From Tubulanus polymorphus (taxonomy: Eukaryota; Animalia; Nemertea), in assembly GCF_964204645.1 (NCBI RefSeq), contig NC_134026.1, positions 14,106,050 through 14,170,049 on the forward strand: 64,000 nucleotides of DNA, read 5' to 3'. Position 1 is the stretch's first letter. Every line of letters starts with the position of its first letter. Positions 52,045 to 64,000 of this stretch are shown here, piece by piece. The notes below the pieces were generated by a model that searched no databases, was not told the DNA's origin, and was given only the letters and a program-made list of their open reading frames with translations. The position numbers and the translations under genes are program-made.

Positions 52045-53462
52045 GTGTTATGTCGATCGTGTTGAATCACTTTGCTTGATTTGAAGGAATCACATCTTCT
52101 ATGGTGCAACATCGGTCGCAGAGAGATATCTTGGTGTTGACTCACCTTGACCATCTAACTTCATGCGTTTGACATTGGAATCAGCATCATACCATTTTGA
52201 ACTGCATAATATTCATACAACATGAAAACCTACAGTACATCTATACAGTAATCAAACTTTCACCGATGTTGGATATTTGAATGAACGTTAGGCTTATTTC
52301 AGTATTCTGAAGCAGGAAATAATAAGCCCAATCAATAGGCCCTATTCCCATTGGAACAATTGTATAATGCGTACAGCTGTACCGTACACTTATCAGTCAA
52401 GAATGGAGAAATCGGTATACCAAACCTACGAACAGCAAAATGTACAGGCCTACAATGATTTCTGGTATACAAGCCGTGACCACATGAACGTTTTGGATCT
52501 AGGTTTGACTATTAATATCAGCAGGTCAGAGAAGGCCTGGCCAAATTTAATCACATGACTCAAATCAATAAGCCTTTCTGCGTGTGAATACTTCACTGTA
52601 TTGTTTTAAAAATAGGCCTATCGAGGGAATTAGTACATAGACTAAATTAGACTTTAAGCTAGTCCTGACCAAATCCTATCCATGTTATAATGGCACCAGT
52701 TATAGTAACATCACTGTAGGGCGACGAGAGGGAAAAAGTTGTGTTTGTGGTACATAGGCATGGTAGGCTTGTACTAACTTAATACTTAAAACGCTGTTGT
52801 TAGCTGTACGTGACTGTACGGTGATTTCTACTGGTTAGCCGTATGTGAGTACGTTGACGCTCAGACATGCAATATTGGGATTCGAAACCAAACGAAAAAA
52901 AATAATCCAGTAGTAGTCCAGTGATTTACCCACTGTGACACAGAACGTAACTACAGGGTGGATGAAATTTGATTTACAAATAGCCTAGCCTCACTAACCC
53001 AAATTCCATTCTTTCACGCATCCGCGTTTGCAGATTATAGGAACTCACGTACGGCATTTTTAGGGAACTCGCGTACGGTTAACCTGTGGATATCATCGTA
53101 CAGTCACGTACGGGTAACAACTTCGTATTTAAAATGGTATTGGCTACTAGGAACTCACGTACGGCGTTAGTAGGGAACTCACGTACGGTTAACCTGTGGA
53201 GATCACCGTTCAGTCATGTACGGGTAACAACTTCGTGATTAAAAAGGTGTTGGCTACTAGGAACTCACGTACGGCGTTAGTAGGGAACTCACGTACGGTT
53301 AACCTGTGGAGATCACGTACAGTCACGTACGGGTAACAACTTCGTACTTCAAATGGTATTGGCTACCAGGAACCCACGTACGGCGTTAATAGGGAACTCA
53401 CGTACGGTTAACCTGTGGAGATCACCGTACAGTCACGTACGGGTAACAACTACGTACTTAAA
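52045..53462 (+). repeat. ~1.4-kb repeat ending in four 110-bp tandem units; second copy at 62685-63890
   Basis: GAACTCACGTACGG-type unit starts at 53041, 53151, 53261, 53370; colinear similarity with 62.7-63.9 kb. Confidence 0.88.
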
Positions 53463-54526
53463 AATACTTTCTAACATTAAAACGATATTTATTAATATAT
53501 AAAATTCCCCTCCCCGATAAGTTTTCACCCAAATTGTTAAGTAGTAGGTAAAAAATCCTCCAGAAAACTTATTGAATTTTTGATTGAGCGTAGACCTAGT
53601 TTATTACTAGATATGGGTAAACGATTCAAAGTGAAACTGATCAAGTAGTTAGTTATAGATATAATGTAGTTATGAAATCTATTGAATAAAAAACTACATT
53701 TTTCATGATACAATACAAGAAATAATGGGTATACTAGTAATATCAGAGTTTATATGTTTTTATATGTAAACTGAAGCTGTGATCACTGAACCGAAATTAA
53801 ACTGAACTGAATTTAATTTACATGTAAGTCATAGTTAAATGGTTAAACCACATGGGACATATACTCGCGAATCATTATGAACTCATACATTGTTGTGGGC
53901 TTTTCTACCCTCTCGTAAAACATGGTGGCGTATACGGTAAAAATCCCCAAATATTCAAAGAAGGTAAAAATTTCCACTTGGTGATTTTCAAGAACATTTC
54001 AAAGCACGATGTTTCTCCAATTTTATTCATTTGCGATGAGACCGAAATATGTTTGAACTGCACAATGAAATCTTTGGTTGGGATAAATTGTTAAATAAAC
54101 GACTTGAATAAAATAAATTATTGGAATTAACAATAATAAGGAAAGGCAGGAATAAATACTAATATAACGTTACTTACTGTGCCAATCGTATGTTGACTGA
54201 CAAAGTATACTATGGTTCAGTTCATACCAAAGGTCAAAGGGTCGAAAAATAAATTTATCAAATTTATTTTTCGACCCTTCAACCTTTGAGCTGAACCCCT
54301 ATTATCCCTATTACTCTTAAAATATTCATATATATGAATATGAATAACTTCAAAAATCAATTTAAATAAAGAATTTGATATTAAAATGGAACCAAATAAG
54401 GAGTACTACTGTCCAACATGTAAAATCAATATAGATAAATCTCAAAAAGCAAGGCATAATATAACTAGAACACATTTAGAGAAAGGGAAACATCTTAATC
54501 AATTTTAATAAAAATATGTATTATAA

Positions 54527-55195
54527 ATGGTGGAACAATCACAAACTATCAATATTCCCCATAAGAAATGTTCAAAATGTGAATTAGATAAATCATTATC
54601 AGAATATTATAATAAAAAAACTCAGAAAGATGGTAAGCAAAGTTATTGTAAAACTTGTAGTAAACTAAGTGACAAACAAAATTATAGAAATAATACTGAA
54701 ACACGCAAAGATAAGATTAAGCAATATCAAGCAAATAATAGAGAATATTATAAAGAACTCAATGAAAATTATCAAAAAGAAAGGCGCCGAACAGATTTTA
54801 ATTTTAAAATGAAACAATGTTTAAGATCTAAAATATCAAAATTATTCAGTAAAGCTAAACATCCAGTTACACTATCAAATTTGTTGGGTTGTACAGATGA
54901 ATTCTTAAAATCATGGATTATATATCAGTTTGACGATAAAATGAATGAAAAAAACTATGGTGAATACTTTCACATTGTTCACGTGTTACCAATATCGAAA
55001 TTTGATATGAATGATGAATACAATCAAAAGCTAATCTGGAATTGGAAAAACCTGAGACCTCTTGAAAAGAAGGAAAATATAAGGAAAGGAAATGAACTAG
55101 ATTTTCAGTTTTATTTAGACCAGTTGGTTAGAGCAAAGACATTTGTTGAATTATGGAACTCAACACATAATGAAAAATACGTTGAATCTTTATAA
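54527..55195 (+). CDS. C4 zinc-ribbon plus HNH/endonuclease-VII-like protein of the type common in large DNA viruses
   Basis: CSKC..CKTC; LLGC; NYGEYFHIVHVLPISKFD..NWKNLRPLEKKENIRKGN (HIDH motif reads HIVH); TATAAATG start. Confidence 0.78.
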   Translation: MVEQSQTINIPHKKCSKCELDKSLSEYYNKKTQKDGKQSYCKTCSKLSDKQNYRNNTETRKDKIKQYQANNREYYKELNENYQKERRRTDFNFKMKQCLRSKISKLFSKAKHPVTLSNLLGCTDEFLKSWIIYQFDDKMNEKNYGEYFHIVHVLPISKFDMNDEYNQKLIWNWKNLRPLEKKENIRKGNELDFQFYLDQLVRAKTFVELWNSTHNEKYVESL

Positions 55196-55320
55196 ACGCC
55201 CGATGATACTCAGCCTGTATAACTGGTACTTAAAGTTCAAAAGAGAAGAGTCAAAAGAAAATGAGATTATTAAAAGAATTCTAAAATGTAAATCAATTTT
55301 AATAAAAAAATATATCATAA

Positions 55321-55760
55321 ATGGAAAGTACACAAACTATCAATATAAACAATAATACTGGGGTTATAAATATTCACCATAAGATATGTTATAAGTGTAA
55401 AATAAATAAATCATCAGCAGAATATTACAAAGATAAATATTCTAAAGGTGGTATACGAAATATTTGTAAAACTTGTCGTAAACTAGATAATAAACAATAT
55501 CAAGTGAATAATTCAGAAAAATGTAATGAAAAAATAGACGTTGGTGAGCTAATAATCCTGAATATTTTTATGAACATCAAAATAATTACCAAAATGAAAG
55601 TTATAAAACAGATTTTAATTTTAAATTGAAACAATGTTTGAGAATTAGATTATCACATTTATTCAGTAAAGATAAACACTCAGTTACACTATCTTATTTG
55701 CTAGATTGTTCAGATAAATTTCTAAAATCATGGATTATATTTCAGTTTGATGATAAAATG
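55321..55760 (+). pseudogene. Second, frameshifted and truncated paralogue of the HNH gene
   Basis: CYKC..CKTC, then KQCLR.RLS.LFSK.KH.VTLS.LL.CSDKFLKSWIIFQFDDKM; breaks off at ~55760. Confidence 0.8.
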
Positions 55761-58600
55761 TCCAACTTCTTGTCATATTATCACACACACACGAATTTGA
55801 TCACTATCTTATACAACGTAATGCATCACCGGCAACTTTCATAGATATTGATGACGCACACCACATAAGTCGCAGTTATAACTCCAGTATGCCTGGTAAT
55901 GGAGCTGAGGATAACCAATTAACTAACCCTGATCACTGCATCATGGTTGTTCACCCTAACACTGCACTAGGTCGCAAACCATTCCATATACCACGCGGTA
56001 CATTACGCAATGGTTGGAATTTAACCTTTCATACTTATTGCATTTTAAATGCTTTGTTACACAACCGTCAATTGCATCGCAATTTTTTGGAACATCTATC
56101 ACAACATCCTAATGCTGACAAAAAATTCCTAGCGTCTGTTTGTTGTCGAATCTCTCAGCGCCAATCTGTTCCATTACCTCATCTCACTCGATTATCTCAT
56201 ATCATACATGATATTAATCCTCCTCAGGATCTAAAACATTTCCAGCATATTAGCGTGGCGCTGACCTTGCAATCCTTATGCGCACATGTTTATGTCACAC
56301 AACAACATCCTTCGTGGCAACATCTAGGCCAGAATAATGTCTATATAGTCTGCATTGCTGAACGAGCACTGCGTGATCAAAGTTTACCTCTACAATCCCC
56401 AGATGGCAATTGGAACTTAATGTATGCACACAACGCTCGGCAAAATGATAGAACATACAATGAACAATGCACATTCAGATGGAATATAGATATGCATTGG
56501 AACCTAGCTGGTACCACACTCAATGAGATTAATACCACTGTACAGCCATTTGCTGTGTATGTCAAGAAAACTGAGTGTCATGATGCTTGGAATTACATCA
56601 TGATGTCTTGTGGAGGTCAACTCAAAGTGAAATGTATTTTACATGATTGCTTACTAGTTTCCTGTAAGGGCGAGGCCACCATTTGCATTGCAGTGTTCCT
56701 ATTTGTACTCGAGTTCTTCGCTGGCAGTGCAGTCATGGCATACCTGACATGCAATGTCCAACAGGCTTATGTCGCGTAAATATGAAAGAAATATACAATG
56801 ACGATGATGGATCTATTGCACATATTGGTGCTTATTATCCAGCCCTGCCTCACAACCGTCCCATGCAACTTCCATTTGAAGACACCATAGAAAATCATGA
56901 CCTTCACAACATTGTACATGAAGGCCTCAACGAGCAAACTGAACACCCAATACCTCACCATGAGGACTTATTGCATGAACAATTGCTGCCACACACTTCA
57001 GCCCAACAAGAAAATTGCTTCTTCTCAGCTGACGATGACAGTACATTAGCACACCACCTTTTAAACCACAGTCACATGCACTTATTGCATCGCCACAATA
57101 GAACACCCACAGCACCATTGAAAGCTCGACGCATACTACAAGATATTTGCTGCAAATCAGCTGGCTGGTCAGTGCCACTCATCACACCCGAGAGTCAATT
57201 ATTTACAATGCCATTTTGGTATATGCGTGGCTCATCAGTGGTTGGCGCCATGCCATCCATCATGTACACCAGGTACCACCTACACCAAAAGCAAATTGGT
57301 AATATAGTTGATCACATAAGAGTACGCGCTCGAGATCCTGCATTAATGACCAGTACATATATACCTACATGCAGTTCCTCTTTGATATTAACATAAACTA
57401 CGATCTCAACAATAATCCTGCTAGCTTGGTTACTAAACGCGGACTTGAACATTTAACAAGAAACCACAGTGTCCAACACATCACGAAGCAATCGTTAATC
57501 CCACTCGATCAGGATGATGCAGCTCGCGAAGTGAGAAATGTTACTGCTATACAACGTACAGAAGGCTCGTGGAATTTATTTGTTACGTTAACATGCAACA
57601 ATGCTAGGACAATGGGTGTTTGACCAATTCGTGCTGCCATTTTACGACTATATCCAGAAACTGCCCACGCATTTACAGCTTTGTACGATTTGGCAACTAA
57701 ACTACAAGTACACAACTGCCCACATGCTGCCTCTCGATGTATGAGAACAACTGCTGATGACACACAAATCTGCCGAGTCCAAATACATCCTCCTGCATTT
57801 GTACCATCATTCTTGAACAAACATAATGCATTTGATGTAAATACTCTGCGCATGTTGGCAGCGTTGGATTTGGCTACGTATGATGCATATGAATATAAAT
57901 GGGACGTTGACACCATTTTCAAAGCTGGAAAGTGGCAATACCCTGCTGAACCCCACGAGCATTTTGTGCCAACTCACCCATACATGTTCATTGCATTGCA
58001 GTCATCTACAAATGTGCAGTTCTGTGATCGAAGATTCAATCATGCATATTTAGCAAAGTATGCTGCTGGTCTCGAAGAACGACCCAAAGCTTCAGTCATT
58101 TCACACACATCGCAAGCTCAGGTGCAAATCCACGCACTCAGCAATGACAAAATTAATCACAAACAATTACTTCAACAACACAGTGGACCCTTATGTCCAT
58201 TAATGCCATTCACTGAAATGTTATTGTATATCAACGGTTTAAATATGTAGTATGTGATCGCGATCTCACTCATCTGTCTACTTTGCCACCAGAATATCGA
58301 CCAGCTTACATGAAGCACAAAAAGCCTGTAGCAGTAGACGGAGCTGGTGGACAACCTGTTGCTGTCACTCACCGCCTTCACTTACCAATCTGGCGCCAAT
58401 TCACAGACAGTCAGATTACCACTATATCTGCATATGAAAATGGATCCTACAATATGGACAGAACTTCATCATTTCCAATCCGCAGTCCTGAACTCATTAT
58501 GATTGACTCATTAGAACTTTAAATTCGATTGTTCATTTGTCATATAACACACCCACACGCAGTACTACACAATAATCTGGCACTATCTCCATGGATTCAT
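55761..58600 (+). pseudogene. Decayed Helitron-like Rep (HUH endonuclease) coding sequence
   Basis: LFVTLTCN (motif 1-like), QVHNC..RCM..CR, TNVQ..YLAKYAAG (motif 3-like); motif 2 not seen; fragmented across ORFs; more GC-rich than flanks. Confidence 0.6.
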
Positions 58601-59401
58601 AGTAATAGGGATAATGGGGATTCATACCAAAGGTCGAACGGTCGAGCTCATAAAAATGAAAAATAATTCTCGCACGCTCGAATTTATTTTTCATTTTTTA
58701 CTCACACGCCCCTTCAACCTTTGATATGAACCACCATTATCCCTAGTACTCTTAAAATATTCATATATATGAATAACATATAAATGAATAACTTCTAAAT
58801 TCAATTTTAATAAAAAATTTGATATTAGAATGGATGCAAATAAGAAGTACTACTGTTCAACATGTAAAATCAATATAGATAAATCCCAAAAAGCAAGACA
58901 CAATAGAACACATTTAGATAGACATAGTAGTGAATATTTATATTTAAATGTGTTAAATTCTTATTTTCAGTATTAAAGTAACGAGTAATTAACGAGTGAA
59001 ATAATTCATATTTAAAACAGTGAATATTTATATTTATATGCGTTAAATTCTTATTTTATGTTTAAAAGTAACGAGTAATTAACGAGTTGATGAAAATATA
59101 AATTTTAATAAAAAAATATCTTATAAATGTGAATGAGAAGATACTACAATTCAAAGATATCGATTTACATGATTTAGAAAAATATTTTACAATTAAAAAT
59201 TTCATTCCTATTAAAGATTTGATTAAAACTGCGCGTCTTCGTTTTCAAGTGAAAAATATTACTGAATTAGTGTTTAAAAATCATCATCTAATAATAGAGT
59301 TATCGAATGATAAAGATAAAATCTTATTCAATACAATAATTCCAAAATTCACTACATTTGATGGAATAGATAAACATTTAATAATTACAGATGATATGTA
59401 A
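58601..59401 (+). mobile_element. Third Polinton-type terminus with hairpin (58601-58750), zinc-finger stub (from 58830) and a small ORF (59129..59401)
   Basis: Begins AGTAATAGGG; TTCATACCAAAGGTCGAACGGTCGAG identical to the 39.5 kb terminus; MDANKKYYCSTC..DKSQKARH. Confidence 0.8.
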
Positions 59402-60649
59402 GTTAGTATTATCCATGTTCATACTTATATCCATGACCTTTTGTGATACCTTTTTCAAACCAATAAATTTTTATTTCCGTTCTGTCATTTATTGTTATGT
59501 TATGATTACGTTATGCCCATTTACAATATATGTCTAATGTCATTTATATCTATTTAATATTATGTGAAAACCGTATTATCATATCTAACTTCACAGTTAT
59601 CTCAATTTCATTTTGTTATACGTTTTTATATTCAAACATTTTCTTTCAATTTTGTCATTTGTTGTCATGATATTATTTCGTCATACATTTCATTTTGTTA
59701 CGGTTATTTCTATTCCACAATTTGGTTCCACTTATGTCATTTGTTCTTATGTTATTTAGCCTATGATTATGTATGTCTATAATAATTCCTTTATCCCCAT
59801 ACTGCACTTGTACAATGTAACCACCTACTATACTTACCAAATTTCGCAACATATGAACAAATGCCACCAGGACAAATGTCACTTGTAGAGTAGGCAAAAA
59901 TGCCAACAAGAAACAATATATTCCTTTATATACATATATACTTGTAAGTTGACTGCATTTTTCACTGACCTCTTTCTATTGAATTTTCGAGTAACTATTG
60001 TATTTCACTGTATGTTACATGTAGTATTCCTAAGTATCCCCGCTTTCAATTTCTTATTTGTGCGCCTGATTTTATGTTGTTGTACTTATCTTTACTATTG
60101 TACGTTAGTACCCCCTACTTTGCAGCGGGTTTAATTGCTTTAAGTTTGTAACTGCCTAGGGGAGGGGTAAGTGCAATTGTGTTCTGTTATGTTATGCTGA
60201 ATGTTGTAATAAATTCCTCATTTCAATCATTATTACATGAGTCTTATGCTTTCATTACCTGTTTCTGTATATTCCACCCATCATTACCACCAACTCCATA
60301 ACTCCACCTACGTTATTACCCCAATGAACAATGTGATCTGTGTGCTGGCCACAAATGCACACAGATCACACTACACTACCCATTACACACTCCGATACCC
60401 ACAGCTTTTATATATGCATCCAAATACTTAGTGTCTTTTTCCCTGGATTAGTCTTGACTTCAGGTTCTGGGATTTATATTCCGTATGAATTAGCGTACGC
60501 ATGTTTCTCAAAATACTTTCGTACTGGTCAGTCAATTCACCCATATCGAATATATGACGTTCAATACACAATTGCTGGTCGACTTGGTCAAGCAGAACCT
60601 GGAACGCTTCTGAAAATATATCTGAATTTGGCGATTGCTTACGTGTTGA

Positions 60650-61176
60650 ACTGTTAACATAGTTAACATAGTAGCACGACATTGAGTATGATATTGTGCT
60701 GCTTTTGCCACTAAATCCTTACTTATTATCCTACGGTGAACTGCATCACAATGTATAAAACCAGCTTCTTGGATGATCCTTGCCCCCTCCTTCGTTTCAA
60801 CCGTCGACATTTTCCTTTCCTTTTTGTATGACAACTTCCCACAGAACACACAGCAGGCCCAATCGAATTTTTCACGTTTCACGCGTTCCAAAATGTGTTC
60901 ATCTTCACTATTATCTACCTAAGGATACACTAATTGTCTCTTCATAATTCGTTTTATATTACCTTTACTTGTGTATGAACAATAACAATGACGATGCCAA
61001 GCAACATTCTCTTTTCCATCCTCAGTGTAAAATATCAATCTCTTGTCATTCCTCTTATCTACTGATCTACAGAAGCTTTGGAACGATCTTGGACTTGGGT
61101 GTATCAATTCATCGCCGTCTGTATCACCCATTTGACATATCACACATACCCGATGACACCCTTTAGATGAAGACAT
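60650..61176 (-). pseudogene. Cys/His-rich N-terminal fragment of a large DNA-transposon ORF (Academ-like, tentative)
   Basis: CVIC..WHRHCYCSYT and FDW..CVFC..DLVAKAAQYHTQCR motifs. Confidence 0.45.
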
Positions 61177-62684
61177 TTTTGCCTATAAGACAAATGGAAA
61201 TCTTTAAGACCTAGCATAACTTAATGATCACAACGAAGAAAATAAAACAGCTGAACATTACATTTAGGGCACATAATTTAAAAGTAAATAGGCCTAGGCC
61301 TAGCTGAAATGAAACTTCCTTAAACATAAACAGCAGCTTTTTATCCATTAATCTAAATTGTATTTCAAAAAGAAGAAATATGGCCCGAATTAAAATTAAA
61401 ATTTATTGAAATCATTCTTACATTAATTTACCCGTGCTTGAATACAGGAAACTGAGCAGAGATATAAAACACCGTTCTTTCCTTTCTTATGAAATTTAAT
61501 GGATAGTATTGTTGAAAAACTAATGGAAACGTAAATCATAATTTGCTGAATTCAAAATTAATGTGAAATTTTCATGCATATTTAGGCCTTATTCAATTTG
61601 TAAAAGTAAAAAACATATGTTGCAGTTTCACGGTTTCCTGTCAATACCAACAACATTTCATAATTATTTGACATGCTAAGTCAATTATCGTGCAAATTAA
61701 AATCAGATAAGATCAGACAGACATCAAAAATTATCGGATTTTTGCCTATGGAAATGGATGATGACTATGATTATGCATGAAATCCTCAAGCAATCCCTCC
61801 ATTATACGTTGGAAATGAAAGATCAGCCTCAAAAACATAGGGTTCCCCACAAAAATTTCGTTTCTAAGTCCACCCATTGCGGAGATATGAGCAATTTAAT
61901 GAATCAAGATAGACCCGAAATTTAACAAGATGTGTTAATTGGAACCCGTTCCCATGGCAACGCAATGAGACAGGGCTTCCTCAACAATGTAGCTTATAGA
62001 ACATTATATGGGGGTTCTATATATCGCATTGTTGGTTGCTAAGGGTGACTGATGAATTTTGCGGAACTTACCATTTGGCCATTATGCGTAAAAATGGGGA
62101 AAAACGACTAAATCTTAAATATAAAGGCATCCAAGCGTGATCGATGATTTATTTTTGGTCTTCAAACAAAAGAACAATAGGTGAGCTGTCGGTAACCGTT
62201 GGAATTGAAACATTATCTCAATCCGATTTTGAGTTAGGCCTATGAAGGGAATAAATTTCCAGAAAAAGTGATGAAATCATCGTCATTTTAGTAATTCTGT
62301 AACCTTGGTAACAGCATTGTACACAATTGCACAAGTTGTCAAGGGTGACAACATACTCAGTGATGGCTGTTGATGTTACCTTTCCATCGATGTATAATTT
62401 GTCCATATAACAGATGAAGTAAACGAAACCTTATTCAAAGACCCTTTTTAGATCTCATATCCCTGACTATAGTGTATGAACCAATGATATGCTTTGTAAA
62501 TATGATGTTATAAAATAAATTTGAATTTGAATTAAATTTGAATATGAGAATCAAGCATAACTTGTGTTTTTTCAACTTGTCTTACTTGTCTCTTGTTAAC
62601 AGTTCCAGAGTTTCAATTACAATTAAATCAAAATTGAAAATACATAGGACTAAATGAACTGTTAGTCACTGCAAACCTATTCCA

Positions 62685-63890
62685 GTGTTTCGTCGATCGT
62701 GTTGAATCACTTCGCTTGGGTTGAAAGAATCAGATCTTCTACGGTGCAACATCTATCTTGGTGTTGACTGTCCTTGACCATTTAACTTCATGTGTTTATT
62801 GTACATTGGAATCACCATCATACCCATTTGAACTGCAAAATATTCATACAACATGAAAACCTACAGTACATGTATGCAGTAATCAAACTTTCACCGATGT
62901 TGGATATTTGAATGAACGTAAGACTTATTTCAGTGTTCTAAAGCAGGAAATAATATGACCAATCAATAGGCCCTATTCCCATTGGTACAATTGTATAATG
63001 CGTACAGCTGTACCGTACACTTATCAGTCAAGAAATCGGTATACCAAACCTACGTACAGCAAAATGTACAGGCCTACATTGACTTCTGGTATACAAGCCG
63101 TGACCACATGAACGTTTTGGATCTAGGTTTGCCTATTAATGTCAGCAGGTCTGAGATGGCCTGAGTAAAATTTAATTGCATGGCTCAAATCAATTAGCCT
63201 TTCTGCGTGTGCATACTTCACTGTATTGTTTTAAAAATAGGCCTATCGAGTGAATTGGTGCATAGACTGAATTATACTTTAGGCTAGTCCTGACCAAATC
63301 CTATCCGTGTTATAATGGCACCAGTAATAGTAACATCACTGTATGGCCGACGAGAGGGAAAAAGTTATGTTTGTAGTACGTAGGCGTAGGCATGGTAGGC
63401 TTATCGTACTCACCTAATACTTAAAACGCTGTTGTTACCTGTACGTGACTGTACGGTGATTTCTACAAGATTGCCGCATGTGAGTACGTTGACGCTCAGA
63501 CTTGCAATATTGGGATTCGAAACCTAACAAAAAAAAATCCAGTAGTAGTCCAGTGATTTACCCAATGTGCCACATAACGTAACTGCAGGGTGGATGAAAT
63601 TTGATTTACAAATAGCCTAGCTTCATCTAACTCAAACTCTATTCTTTCACGCATGCGCGTTTGCAGATTATAGGAACTCACGTACGGCGTTTGTAGGGAA
63701 CTTACGTACGGTTAACCTGTGGATATCACCGTACCGTCACGTACGGGTAACAATTTCGTACTTAAAATGGTATTGGCTACTAGGAACTCACGTATGGCGT
63801 TAGTAGGGAACTCACGTACGTTTAACCTGTGGAGATCAGCGTACAGTAACGTACCGGTAACAACTTCCTACTTAAAATGGTGTTGACTAC
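62685..63890 (+). repeat. Second copy of the 52.0-53.5 kb repeat, with two 110-bp units
   Basis: Shared sequence and near-identical ORF translations (52367 vs 62982). Confidence 0.88.
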
Positions 63891-64000
63891 TATCTAACAG
63901 GCCTATTATAGACAAATAAATACCGGTAGGCTTTCTTAGCTTCCACACTTCACAACCGAACCAACCAGTATATTTTAGTCCCAGTACGCACGAACCGACA

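Larger units (their letters stand above)
54204..55760 (+). mobile_element. Polinton deletion derivative: hairpin terminus, zinc-finger stub (54386..54508), two HNH genes
   Basis: Hairpin base and CTTAAAATATTCATATATATGAATA match the 39.4 kb terminus; MEPNKEYYCPTC..DKSQKARH matches 38891..39166; 55225-55292 matches the pPolB C-terminus (YLKFKREE.KEN.I.KRIL.C). Confidence 0.82.

Noticed and set aside
53039-53462. 110-bp units as a repeat-spacer array
   Set aside because: Whole units are near-identical; ordinary tandem repeat
39588-54204. Termini at 39.6 kb and 54.2 kb as the two ends of one element
   Set aside because: They point away from each other and both lead into the ZnF gene, so they are the same end of separate copies

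Overview
AT-rich, repeat-dense animal genomic DNA, probably a marine invertebrate (inference from spliceosomal introns and the repeat types). 1-19 kb holds the last two recognisable exons of a CNNM Mg2+ transporter gene among nested LINE fragments, HINE/pearl-like Helentron-type repeats, MITEs and a hAT remnant. ~20.6-39.6 kb is a minus-strand Polinton/Maverick (adintovirus-like) element encoding a frameshifted pPolB, penton, small membrane proteins, MCP, RVE-chromodomain integrase and packaging ATPase. It is split by a 4.7 kb HINE-type insertion carrying a 31-bp minisatellite. 42-46.6 kb holds an intron-containing Sola-like transposase as two complementary halves in permuted order. 48.8-64 kb holds an inverted second copy of the HINE/satellite composite, two more Polinton-type termini (one followed by HNH endonuclease genes in place of pPolB), a decayed Helitron-like Rep and a 1.3 kb direct repeat pair. 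Most notable: nearly all Polinton genes start in a poxvirus-late-like TAAATG context with two upstream classes (T-run or A-run), and all three termini are imperfect hairpins that keep pairing despite different arm sequences. This suggests, by inference only, a virophage-like element depending on a pox/asfar-like helper virus. All protein assignments come from motif recognition, not database searches.
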